Source of the DNA: a virus
Reading direction: 5' to 3' (one strand)
IMG/VR virus record: IMGVR_UViG_3300044797_000308
Location: 5,850-69,849 of that record
Length of the DNA: 64,000 bases
Position 1 is the stretch's first letter. Each line of letters starts with the position of its first letter. Positions 48,514 to 58,400 of the stretch are shown here, piece after piece. The notes under the pieces are model-generated. The model saw only the letters and a program-made list of their open reading frames with translations, was not told the DNA's origin and did no database searches. A program made the translations under genes and the position numbers.

Positions 48514-49080
48514 ATGGGTTCCAGTGACAAAGAGAAAATTCCACTTTCTCAAGTAAAAAAACTACCTTACAAGTCCTTGAACAGGATGATCAAAAAGATG
48601 CGCGAGTATCTCAAACACAATGAGACCGTCCAAAATATGTTCAAGGAGTATGAAGTGGATATTTCAGAAATAGACTTTATTCCTATGATGTTTGGCAACC
48701 TAGATGTGTCTGCTAAAACGGACCACGCAATAATTATATTCAGCTATAAATTATTATGTGATGGTGATTTTTTTAAAGATTTTTCTTATGGGGTCCATGA
48801 GATAAATCACTGGCTCCAACAAACGACCGGCAAAGAGGCAACTAAAAGTTCCGATGATGGTGAATATCTTGAAAATCCATTCGAACAAGAGGCATTTACA
48901 CATCAAGTAGAATATATTAGCGATCAATTCGGCAAGGATGAGGCGGAAAAATATGTAGATGATCTTCTTGAACACCACGATGTAGATGATAAAAAAGAAA
49001 TCGAAGAAAAAAAAGAACTTTTCATGTCCAAGGCTAAAAATATTAAATCTTTATTGATCAAGTATCAATCAAATATTTGA
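48514..49080 (+). CDS. Putative zincin metallopeptidase
   Basis: VHEINHWLQ (HExxH) and downstream YLENPFEQEAF. Confidence 0.65.
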   Translation: MGSSDKEKIPLSQVKKLPYKSLNRMIKKMREYLKHNETVQNMFKEYEVDISEIDFIPMMFGNLDVSAKTDHAIIIFSYKLLCDGDFFKDFSYGVHEINHWLQQTTGKEATKSSDDGEYLENPFEQEAFTHQVEYISDQFGKDEAEKYVDDLLEHHDVDDKKEIEEKKELFMSKAKNIKSLLIKYQSNI

Positions 49081-49906
49081 TTAAATCATATTTTCGATCT
49101 AAATACGTATTTGTAGTGTGATTTTTGTAAAGCCAATGAATTAATAATACGGCTTCTTTACCATTATATTCTAGATCATAAATTGTCCTATTTTTGAATG
49201 GGATATGTAATGATATATCGCAATTTTGATTGATAATTTGCCCAATTCTTGTTAGACACGAAAGTGTACCATAAAAATTAATTCGGAGATATTCTTTTTT
49301 AAATGATATGCTTCCGTCACCATCTAAATACCCCCTGATAAAATCACTAATATATGGACTATTGGTTATAGTTTCTGGAAAAGTATATATTAGTGATTTT
49401 GCCGGAATAATGTTGAAAGTAGTTAATGAATTAACCAAATATTTGGAGTGAAACACAATGACGCTATCTAAACTATCTTTCCAAATTTTTCCGCACCTAA
49501 TACCACCCTTATTTATTTCTTGTTTAATTTTGGCATCCGATGATAGGCATGTTCGAAGTTTTATTAGATGATTTTCATCACCTCTCTCTAATCTAACAGT
49601 TAAAAAATAACTTCTTGAACTGGATTTGTTCATCACATTACCGTCTGCTGCAATAAATCCCGCCCAATATAATATTTCGGAAGCATAGGTGGGATTATTA
49701 TATCGGTCAAAATATTGTTCATCGAGTTTTACTTTTCGTGTAGGTTTGTGAGAGATCTGATTATCATCAGGAATACGAATTACTTGTCTTGTGGTAATAC
49801 TATATTTTTGTGATATTTTCTCGATTGATAGCGGCGCCAGATAGTCACGAACAATATTGTCCTGAAAATCCTGGCTGTATATTTTTTTTATCCATTTTTG
49901 TCCCAT
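49058..49906 (-). mobile_element. LAGLIDADG homing endonuclease
   Basis: YWAGFIAADG and DFIRGYLDGDG; start moved to ATG 49906, downstream of its promoter. Confidence 0.88.
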
Positions 49907-49916
49907 GATACCTAAA

Positions 49917-49945
49917 ATTATAGTCACGATCGCGCCTGATGTCAA
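49917..49945 (-). promoter_or_regulatory. Perfect sigma70 consensus promoter
   Basis: Minus strand TTGACA-tcaggcgcgatcgtgac(17)-TATAAT. Confidence 0.85.
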
Positions 49946-49953
49946 GGTTTGCT

Positions 49954-49967
49954 AATAAAATTGCATT
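49954..49967 (+). promoter_or_regulatory. Putative late promoter AATA-N6-CATT
   Basis: AATAaaattgCATT, 8 nt before ATG 49976. Confidence 0.55.
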
Positions 49968-49975
49968 TCAGCACT

Positions 49976-51955
49976 ATGGTAAAATACGCTAATCCGAGTA
50001 TGTCTGGTCTCGATCGAGTCGCCTCCTTGGGCGATGGCTATAGTATCAATATGAAGTGGTTTCAAGCCTACCCAGAGATTTTCACTAACAAAATCGCTTA
50101 TCATCTCTATTACTCTACTGCCGAGCTGGATGTTTTTAAGGAAGGCGTTAAGTATGTCATTATTGAGGGCGGTTGCCTCAGTGCGGATATTATTGATTTG
50201 ACACCGGGACAAGATTATTGGTTCTCTGTTAGGCCGGTGGAGTATGATCCGGCCGTTATCACCTTTCTTCCTCAGCTGCCTCGCGCCTATCACAGTGTTA
50301 GGTATTATCCTACTAGTATGTTAAGGGAAAACATTAGTGCGACAGATTTAGTTATTCCACTATTATGCACAGAAGGATTTACCGCCCCCTATGGTATTGT
50401 TAAAATTGGTATAGAACTAATTGAGTATTTGGCCATAGATACCGTCAATAATACTTTGATTGTTCCACCAGCTAATAGTTCAGGGGCTCATTTGGAATTA
50501 CAATCCAATGGAAAATATTATTTGCCCGGCCCTAATAATATAGGGCAAGGCAGTTTGGCTTCTTTGACTTTGGTGACTGATAGCGCGGTGGATGAAACTT
50601 GGAGTATCAAGTGCGTAGAGAGTAGGGAAGATGGATACGGCAATCAAGTGCCCGCCCGATTTGAGGCTATTGGTTCTATCTCGGGTAATCCCACCGATCC
50701 TCATGGCAACTATTATATTTGGGAAGCTAACGGACCTATCATCTCTAATGGTATTTTGAGTTTCTCGGTGGTGGAAACATCTCCTATTTTCAGGCCCTTT
50801 ATCGTCGATAGTTCTGACTTTGGCGATTATTTTACTGTCCAAACTATTGGTGCCACTAGCACACCGGGAGGTCGTGGTTTCAATAACACCCCCATCACTG
50901 AGCACACCGTTTCTGGTTTTGATGGGTACCAGTGTTGGAGCCCTATTGTTAGTGAGTTTATTTTTCAAGAAGATTCTGGCTGGGATCAAATCTATGCCTG
51001 CCAATCTCGTTTTGAGTATCCGCATTTCCCATTTACTGTGTTAGAAGGATATCATCAGGTAGCTCAGGATTATTTGTCTACCAACGACACCGCTGCGGAC
51101 GCAGCCAATGTTACTTTCCCAGAATACGATTATGCCGGCTATCATAGAACTGACCCTGTTCAACTGCTCAATGGGACTTGTGTGGGTAGCTATATCGGCG
51201 GTCAAATGGGCTGTATTGATGGTTATGGTAATTATAGCATCTATCGTGGTCTTTCCCTAGAAAACCAGAACACCCAGAGGCAAGATGTTCTGTTATCAGT
51301 AACTGGACAGCCTGCTTGTTTGATTAGAAGGGAGCAAACTGGTATCACCTGCTCTTGTTACTTGGCTTCTAGCGAATATCCAGATGATCGTTGTCCCTTC
51401 TGTTATGGCACCAAATTTGTTTTTGGCTATACTCAATATTTCAATCCGCGTATGTCGGATGGTCGTATTAAAATTAGATTGGGCCCTACTGCTGAAAACC
51501 TTAAAATGTATGAGGCAGGTATGGAATCCGAGTTTCCGGTAGACATGTGGACTTTGACCGTACCTACCATTAAGACCAGAGATATTATTGTGACATTTGA
51601 TCAAGATGATAATGAAAGTTTCCGATATGAAGTGGCTAATGTCACCAGAAACAACACTATTCTCGGTTTGGATGGTGGCCAAAAAATGACTACTTTCAGA
51701 ATTAGAAAGACGGACCCAGCCTATCAAATACGTATCTTCCGAGATACCTCCGATTTCCCGCAAACTCTCACCACTAGTCTGGCTTTTGCAGTAGGTTTGC
51801 CGCCTCATAATCACACTATTCAAGTAAACGAAAAAGTTTTGTCGGTTTGTCAAGTCAATCAAACCACGGGTGTAGCACAAGGCCATAATCACCCTATCGT
51901 TGCGGGGGTCGTTATGCCAGTTTTGTCGCATACCCACGCAATAATCTTACCGTAA
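49976..51955 (+). CDS. Putative neck/head-closure protein with FN3-like N-terminus
   Basis: DLTPGQDYWFSVR (FN3-like); CSC...CPFCYGT.F.GY; WTL..P.I..RDII; His-rich C-terminus. Confidence 0.55.
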   Translation: MVKYANPSMSGLDRVASLGDGYSINMKWFQAYPEIFTNKIAYHLYYSTAELDVFKEGVKYVIIEGGCLSADIIDLTPGQDYWFSVRPVEYDPAVITFLPQLPRAYHSVRYYPTSMLRENISATDLVIPLLCTEGFTAPYGIVKIGIELIEYLAIDTVNNTLIVPPANSSGAHLELQSNGKYYLPGPNNIGQGSLASLTLVTDSAVDETWSIKCVESREDGYGNQVPARFEAIGSISGNPTDPHGNYYIWEANGPIISNGILSFSVVETSPIFRPFIVDSSDFGDYFTVQTIGATSTPGGRGFNNTPITEHTVSGFDGYQCWSPIVSEFIFQEDSGWDQIYACQSRFEYPHFPFTVLEGYHQVAQDYLSTNDTAADAANVTFPEYDYAGYHRTDPVQLLNGTCVGSYIGGQMGCIDGYGNYSIYRGLSLENQNTQRQDVLLSVTGQPACLIRREQTGITCSCYLASSEYPDDRCPFCYGTKFVFGYTQYFNPRMSDGRIKIRLGPTAENLKMYEAGMESEFPVDMWTLTVPTIKTRDIIVTFDQDDNESFRYEVANVTRNNTILGLDGGQKMTTFRIRKTDPAYQIRIFRDTSDFPQTLTTSLAFAVGLPPHNHTIQVNEKVLSVCQVNQTTGVAQGHNHPIVAGVVMPVLSHTHAIILP

Positions 51956-51969
51956 AATAGCCTATCATA
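51956..51969 (+). promoter_or_regulatory. Putative late promoter AATA-N6-CATA
   Basis: AATAgcctatCATA, intergenic. Confidence 0.55.
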
Positions 51970-51990
51970 GGCATAATTAACCATTCAACT

Positions 51991-52911
51991 ATGACCTTTT
52001 ATCTATACAAGATAGCTAACATTAAAAATAATAAAGTTTATATTGGTAAAACAGTTGATTTTGTTCGTCGTTGGAACTCTCATAAAAATTTGGCAGCAAG
52101 TGATGCTAGGCATTTCTACATACATAATGCTATTAATAAATATGGTATAGATAATTTTATTTTTGAAATAATTTCAGAACATATCGATGAAAATGAGGCG
52201 TATGAAGAAGAAGTGTTGCTAATTGCAAAATATAAATCAAATAATGCTAAATTTGGATATAATTTGACTATCGGTGGTAAAGGGGTTTTGACCGATAAGC
52301 CAGTTTCTTTGGAAACCAGGAAAAAGATATCTGAAGCACAAATAGGTATCAAGAGAAGAAAATCTTTTGAGGTAACAGAGTTTACGAGACAAAAATTAAG
52401 TGCAACAATCAAGTATCGTGGCAATTTATCCGTTGAAAAGAAAAAAGAAATTTTAGAGTTATTTGATAGCGGAAATTATACCAAAAAACAATTAGCGGAG
52501 ATGTTTAATATTAGATTCGAGACGGTAAGAAATGTAATTATTTATTACAAAAAAAATGGGTTCAAATCAAATGAGGAAAAACGAAAAAATAGATCAAAAG
52601 CAAAAATTGGACGGACCCTTTCAAAAGAGACGAAAAATAAAATATCAGAGGCTCTTAAGGGGACGGTATTTACTGAAGAAAGAAAAAATAATATATCTAA
52701 CTCTCTTATTGGAAAAGTGCCTTCTACTGAAACTAGGGAAAAAATAGCAGCAAGCATATCTGGTAAAAACAATTATTTGGAGATAAAAAAGAATATTATT
52801 GAATTATTTGAAACTGGTAATTATAGCAAAATTGAATTAGCTAAAAAATTTGAGCTCAACAGAAAAACTGTTGAAAAGATAATAAAAAGACATAATGATG
52901 GAAACACATGA
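51991..52911 (+). mobile_element. GIY-YIG homing endonuclease with NUMOD3 and HTH repeats
   Basis: FYLYKIAN...KVYIGKT, GYNLTIGG, S.ETRKKIS repeats. Confidence 0.9.
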
Positions 52912-54467
52912 CTAATAATCCGCCACTAACACCTAATTTCAATTCGCAATCACCGGGCCGTCTTGTGACTGACCGATATGATTTTCAATCTCATGTTGAT
53001 GGGGCTTCTTTTAGACATAACGCCACTATGATTGATTTGTCGCCTTCTTTGACGGTCAATGCGGTAACTTATACGGATGTGCAAGACGCCCTAACAGCTA
53101 TAATAGCTGGTCTATCTCCGCCCCCTGTTTATGCCACTGCTACTGTCCCAGGTTTGGTTCAGCTTTCAACTGCTGGTGACGTGCAAGGTGCCTATAATGC
53201 GATGAAAGTGACGGGTTTGCGAGGCTACCCTATTACTACTTCTCCGCCTTCTACCAACAATGTTTTAGGCTGGAATGGTGTCGCTTGGACACCCACCACG
53301 CTTTCCTTTGGACTTATTCCGGGTGGTACGCCGGGTCAAGTACTAGTCAGCAACGCTTCGTCTGTCCCCACTTGGACTACTATTTCCGGTGATGCCACTG
53401 TATCTAGTGGTGGTGCGTTAAATGTTGCTCAAGCACAATCAGGTGTCCTGGTGTTTGGAGAGAATGGTGCTATTACCGCTTCCTCGGGTTCCCTAACGGG
53501 AGGAGCATATTCCATTTCTAGCAACGGTACCAATACTATTGTTAATGCTCGAAGCGGATTGATTGAGTTAGATATCGATAATGTTGTACAAATAGCTGCG
53601 GGTATACAGACTTCGTATACCAACCCGCTTCCCGCTTTATGGTTCAATCCACAAAGTGGAACCTTTACGCCCACTAATAATAACTGGAATATTTCTATTG
53701 ATGCTAATAATAATACTTATATTAATGGCCCCGGTGGTTTCGTGACTTTGTCTGTAGGCAGCGTTACTGACTCTTTCCCGAATGGCTTCGGTGCTTCTTT
53801 GGCCGCTGGTTTCTTTAGCGTAATAGGCAATATGGTTATTGGTAGTATAGAACCAGGAAGCACGGGTGGAGTCGGATCCAGTCAAACAGGATTATTGCAA
53901 ATACTACCAGTTTATTCTCCACCTACTGCATCTCCTCCGGCAGGACAAGGGTGTTTTGTTTATCAAGATAATGGCTCTGGCTCTGTTAGTACCGGATTGA
54001 AATATACTGGCCCCAATTCTTCTAATGCTTTGACGGTACAACAAATTGCCGCTAATTGGCAAGGTACAAGTGCTTCTTTAACCTCACAAGCCTGTCAAAT
54101 TTTGCAATATATTGGCGCTGCTCAATCGACTAGCACATCTCCCGTCACTATTCTTACTATTCCGGTGCCCTCAAATCATTTGATGGGTATTTGGGTTAGG
54201 TCTGTATGTGTAGCCCCTCTTAGTTTTGGCGGTTTATTTACTGAGGGTGCCACTTTTGAGGAGACTTTTCAAATACAAAATGATGGGGGAACTCTTTTTT
54301 TCCCATCCGGTGTAGCTAGTTCAGGCGGTATTCAAACCCATGATACCGCATTAGCTTCGTGTACTTTAACTGCCTCTATATCTGGCACCAATATACTAAT
54401 TAAAGTTACTGGTCTTGGCGGTAGTACTATCAATTGGACGGCTAAGGCCGAAGTATTCGTTTCCTAA
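52908..54467 (+). CDS. Tail-fibre-like protein
   Basis: AT...PG.VQL, V.GL.G.PI...NVL.WNG..W.P (also in 21986), GT.GQVL.S modules. Confidence 0.65.
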   Translation: MTNNPPLTPNFNSQSPGRLVTDRYDFQSHVDGASFRHNATMIDLSPSLTVNAVTYTDVQDALTAIIAGLSPPPVYATATVPGLVQLSTAGDVQGAYNAMKVTGLRGYPITTSPPSTNNVLGWNGVAWTPTTLSFGLIPGGTPGQVLVSNASSVPTWTTISGDATVSSGGALNVAQAQSGVLVFGENGAITASSGSLTGGAYSISSNGTNTIVNARSGLIELDIDNVVQIAAGIQTSYTNPLPALWFNPQSGTFTPTNNNWNISIDANNNTYINGPGGFVTLSVGSVTDSFPNGFGASLAAGFFSVIGNMVIGSIEPGSTGGVGSSQTGLLQILPVYSPPTASPPAGQGCFVYQDNGSGSVSTGLKYTGPNSSNALTVQQIAANWQGTSASLTSQACQILQYIGAAQSTSTSPVTILTIPVPSNHLMGIWVRSVCVAPLSFGGLFTEGATFEETFQIQNDGGTLFFPSGVASSGGIQTHDTALASCTLTASISGTNILIKVTGLGGSTINWTAKAEVFVS

Positions 54468-54505
54468 ACATATCACTTCTTTCGTATATCTGGGAGGAGT
54501 TTTAT

Positions 54506-54931
54506 ATGGATCCAATTCTAACTATTTTGCTAAGCTGGCAATTTATTCTGTTTGGATTGGCTGTGGCTGGCATTGTTTATGTCGTTCGTATTTTAGTCGA
54601 GTACTTCCTACAACTGGCTAAAAAAGATCCTAAAACATCCAAGTTTTGGAGCGAATTAGTACTGCCTATTTTGCCAGTGGTGTTAGGGGCGGTAGCTGCT
54701 GTCAAGTTCAAAAGCTTTCCGTATCCAGATGGTTTGGTGACCAGAGGAGACAGAATTATTTTCGGACTAGTAGCAGGACTACTATCAACTCTATTGTATA
54801 GAGTAGTCAAGGGCTTACTTAGTGCCAAAGAAAGCTCTCAACAAACTATCAATGTGGTTATTGAAAATAAAGATAATAGTATCGTGACCACTACAACCAC
54901 TAAAGTTGTGGAAGTCAATCAGGGAGAATAA
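54506..54931 (+). CDS. Holin-like membrane protein (3 predicted TM)
   Basis: Three hydrophobic segments and a charged C-terminus; RBS GGAGG. Confidence 0.55.
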   Translation: MDPILTILLSWQFILFGLAVAGIVYVVRILVEYFLQLAKKDPKTSKFWSELVLPILPVVLGAVAAVKFKSFPYPDGLVTRGDRIIFGLVAGLLSTLLYRVVKGLLSAKESSQQTINVVIENKDNSIVTTTTTKVVEVNQGE

Positions 54932-54932
54932 G

Positions 54933-55403
54933 ATGAGTTTTGAAGTAACTGTTATACAAAGAGAGCAGCAAGTTCTTAATGATATTACTAAACTAGGACT
55001 ATATAAACTCCTATTTTCAGCCAAAGTAGCTTTTTGTTTTGTTATATTACTCATTACTACCTGTTTCATGACTTTTTCTGCTTGGGCAGTCTGTAAACAC
55101 GTTCTTGATAGTACTACTTTTGGAGTTTGTTTTGGTGTGTTTGGCGGAATTATGGCTACTATCGCTGGTGTATACAACATAGTTCATAGTATGAATGATC
55201 GTGCAGCTATACAAGCCGCCGTTGATGCTGGCGCAGCCACTCCCCCTCCAGCCAATGTCACCGTTGTTAATACTACGAATACACTACCTCCACCAGCTCC
55301 ACCGCCTCCTCCAGCCGATCCAGATACTTCGGGAGACGACAGCACCGATAATCTAACAACTCCACCACCTGACGCTAACTTGCCACCCTCAGGAACCTTG
55401 TAA
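54933..55403 (+). CDS. Two-TM membrane protein with Pro-rich tail
   Basis: Two hydrophobic segments, then a Pro-rich tail (LPPPAPPPPPADP). Confidence 0.6.
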   Translation: MSFEVTVIQREQQVLNDITKLGLYKLLFSAKVAFCFVILLITTCFMTFSAWAVCKHVLDSTTFGVCFGVFGGIMATIAGVYNIVHSMNDRAAIQAAVDAGAATPPPANVTVVNTTNTLPPPAPPPPPADPDTSGDDSTDNLTTPPPDANLPPSGTL

Positions 55404-58400
55404 TGAGCAATTACCCATATGATTACGATGATGATGCCTCCTTACCTCCCGTCAATGACAACATTGATCAGATAGGTAGCGAGGCCATCAATGCTGCTCG
55501 AGACGCTATTATCAATATTGAAATGGCTTTGGGCACTAATATTGCTGGAGTAATGCCTAATTTGGCCGATCGTCTTGGAATTTTCATAAATCCAGACGGC
55601 ACCCCTAATGCCTCTATTATTTATAATTTAGGTCTAGTCACTCTCCCAGTCACTAATACTCAAATTGCAGAGGCCGCTGGCATTCCTGAGTCCAAATTGA
55701 CTTTGGATTTCCCAACGCTCAGTTTGTATAACTATATTAGAGACTTATCTAACAATGTTAATACGGCTCTTGGATGGCAGTCCGTTAGCGGCTCTAAGCT
55801 AGAACCACATCTTATTGGTTTGATTTATCGTCATGACTTGGCTCAAATCGATGTAGCGGAAGTTTCTTCTCAATTTCTCAATAACGTGTTTCGTGCCAAT
55901 AGAGATAATACCAACTCCTATACACTAATCAACGATATGAATAACGAACTATTGGCTCATCAATGGGCTGATGGATCACCATTTGGTACGGGTGCAAACA
56001 TTACCACCAATAATGGTTCTGAGTATTCTTCTTATTACGCTCACGTAGCTAGTGGTATTTTCCTCGACACCAGCAGATTTGTGGTTATTCCCGAAACCGC
56101 TACTGACGTTCAGTCTTTTGCTGAGTTTTTTGATAGTTCCAGCATTTTAGCCCTTGGTACCAGAGTGCAAAACTTATATGCCAACGGTATTTCTGTTAAC
56201 TCTGCTTCTTCCAGCCTAACTACTGATGGTTATGGTTCTCCAGTAGTTCCAGTCACCCCAGCTATTGCCTTCCTTAGAGGAGATGGTAATAGTAGTATTC
56301 CAGTAGATGATATTGCTATTGGTGATGACATTATTCAGTTTATGCCAACTGATGACGGGTATTCTTTTGATGAGCAATTTGCTTTGGTGAGACCAGGCGA
56401 CATTGTCAGAGTCAATTATGCTAATGACGGTTATTTCGTGGAAGTCCCTTATGTTATTTCCGAAAAGAAATACATCCAAGGTAGCACTAGCGCTTTTAGC
56501 ACTTTCATCGTTAGAATTTTAGGTAAGAATATTGCTTATGCACCTAATGCCCTTGCTAGAATTGATCGACCACTTTTCAACAATAATAAGTATGGAGTTC
56601 TCTCTACTGCTGGCGTCAATTCACCTAACTATCCAAATCCTCCTAGCTTAATTATTGGTACAGCTCGTGGTGCAGAATGCACCGGTATCAATTTTAGCCC
56701 TGACCAGTTCAATGAAACGCACTACCTACTTCACTTAGCTCTCTACCCAGACGGTAATCCACTAGACGGATATACTTTTTTGCCAGGTATTGACGTCACT
56801 GGAAACCAAGGTACTACACCTGGTTCCTATACGTTAGATGGAATTGTAGACTCGACCAATATTGCTTTTAGACAAGCTGGCTACAACTATCGATTTATCG
56901 CCTTCCATTTTCAGGGACAGTTCGGTATAATGATTGCCGACTCTTATAACAACGCTTCTTTCTCTGTGGTTAGTGGCGTAGTCAGTCCTTTGGGAGTTTA
57001 CGATCCAACCAATACGGCCGTCAATTTCCCTAACAACGTTATTGATGTTTTCCCATCTAACGGTAGTACCGCACCTGATCCTCTCGGATTCGGACCCTTC
57101 AATGCTAACTTAGCGAGCCCCCCATTCTTGACCTCGTATGGTTCAGCGCAATCCGCTCTTTTCCCAACCATCTTGTTTGCCCCACTCAAGCGCAATAACT
57201 ACTACGTCAATGGCGCAGAACGTGAAACTTTCAATCTAGATGTTGGGCAAGCGTTGGATATGTACGGTGATGGTTATTGGGTAGCTACTGTCACGGGAGC
57301 TAGTGCAAACGCAGGCCCACCAGGACACATGGTGGTCTCTTACAACATTCCACTCGACTTGTCTGCCTCTAATTTGAAGTCTGGTAAAACTATTGTGGTG
57401 CAACAAGTACCAGGCGGCCCTAACCTTGGCTTAGTCAACTACGGAAGATTTATTATTCAAAGCGTCACCTTCTCGTGTTGTCCACCCGTAGAAACGCAAA
57501 TTGTTGTGTATGACGGTGTCCACGCCCAAGGCAGCACGCCATATCCCGTGCTTGCTGTTGGTTCGCAAGTAGCTATTTATTTCGACAATGACTCTGTGTC
57601 TTTTGATGCAGAAACCGCAACAGACTTTTCTCCGGTGAGTGCCACCTTCAAGAGATTTTTTGAAGTGTATGTGGATTCCAATGGTAATACTTATACGCAC
57701 GAAAGAGGCAGACTTAGTATTTCCTCTCCAACTCTTGTCAACGGTATTCCGCTATACACTAGTGTGCCATCCATAGCTCAATTGGATATCGTTAGTATCT
57801 CTCCTAAGTTGAGAGGCTACCAATTTGCTTCAGTAACTAAAATTACCTTATCATTAGCTAGTTATAATCCAGTCACCGGATTGTTCACTGGAAATCTAGC
57901 CTCTTACAATGGGGTTTCCTTTACCAATGCCGGCCCAGTTACCACTGGACGTATAGGTGAGGTAACCAGATTTTATGATGTTAGCAATATAGACTACATT
58001 GATATTATTTTCGACTTTGGAAATACAGTTCCGGTTCTAACCAATCAATATATTGATTTCCAGCTTTTCCCAAGTTTGCAGTTAGACGAAGAAATTATGG
58101 TACTCGCTTCCTGTCAACAAAGAACGGATACCAATGCAGTCAGTCAATTCACCGATCTTCGACAGTTCGGAAATACCAGCGAGCAACAACTAACCACCTC
58201 AGCTTTGGATTACATCGCTCTACCAGAAAGACTATTGCATTTCAATGGCGTTATTAGAGGATTTGATGCCACCATAGTATCCGGTGGATATGGTAGTGAT
58301 GCCCTCCTCTCCTTAACAGGTGGATTGGCTTTGGTCAATGGAAGTTTTGAGGCAGTCAATAACCAAATCTTCACCATACCACCACTACAAGAATCGTATT

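Noticed and set aside
13119-49906. LAGLIDADG ORFs as inteins or group I intron ORFs
   Set aside because: They have their own starts and stops, no Hint splice motifs, are mostly antisense to intact flanking genes, and leave no room for a ribozyme core.
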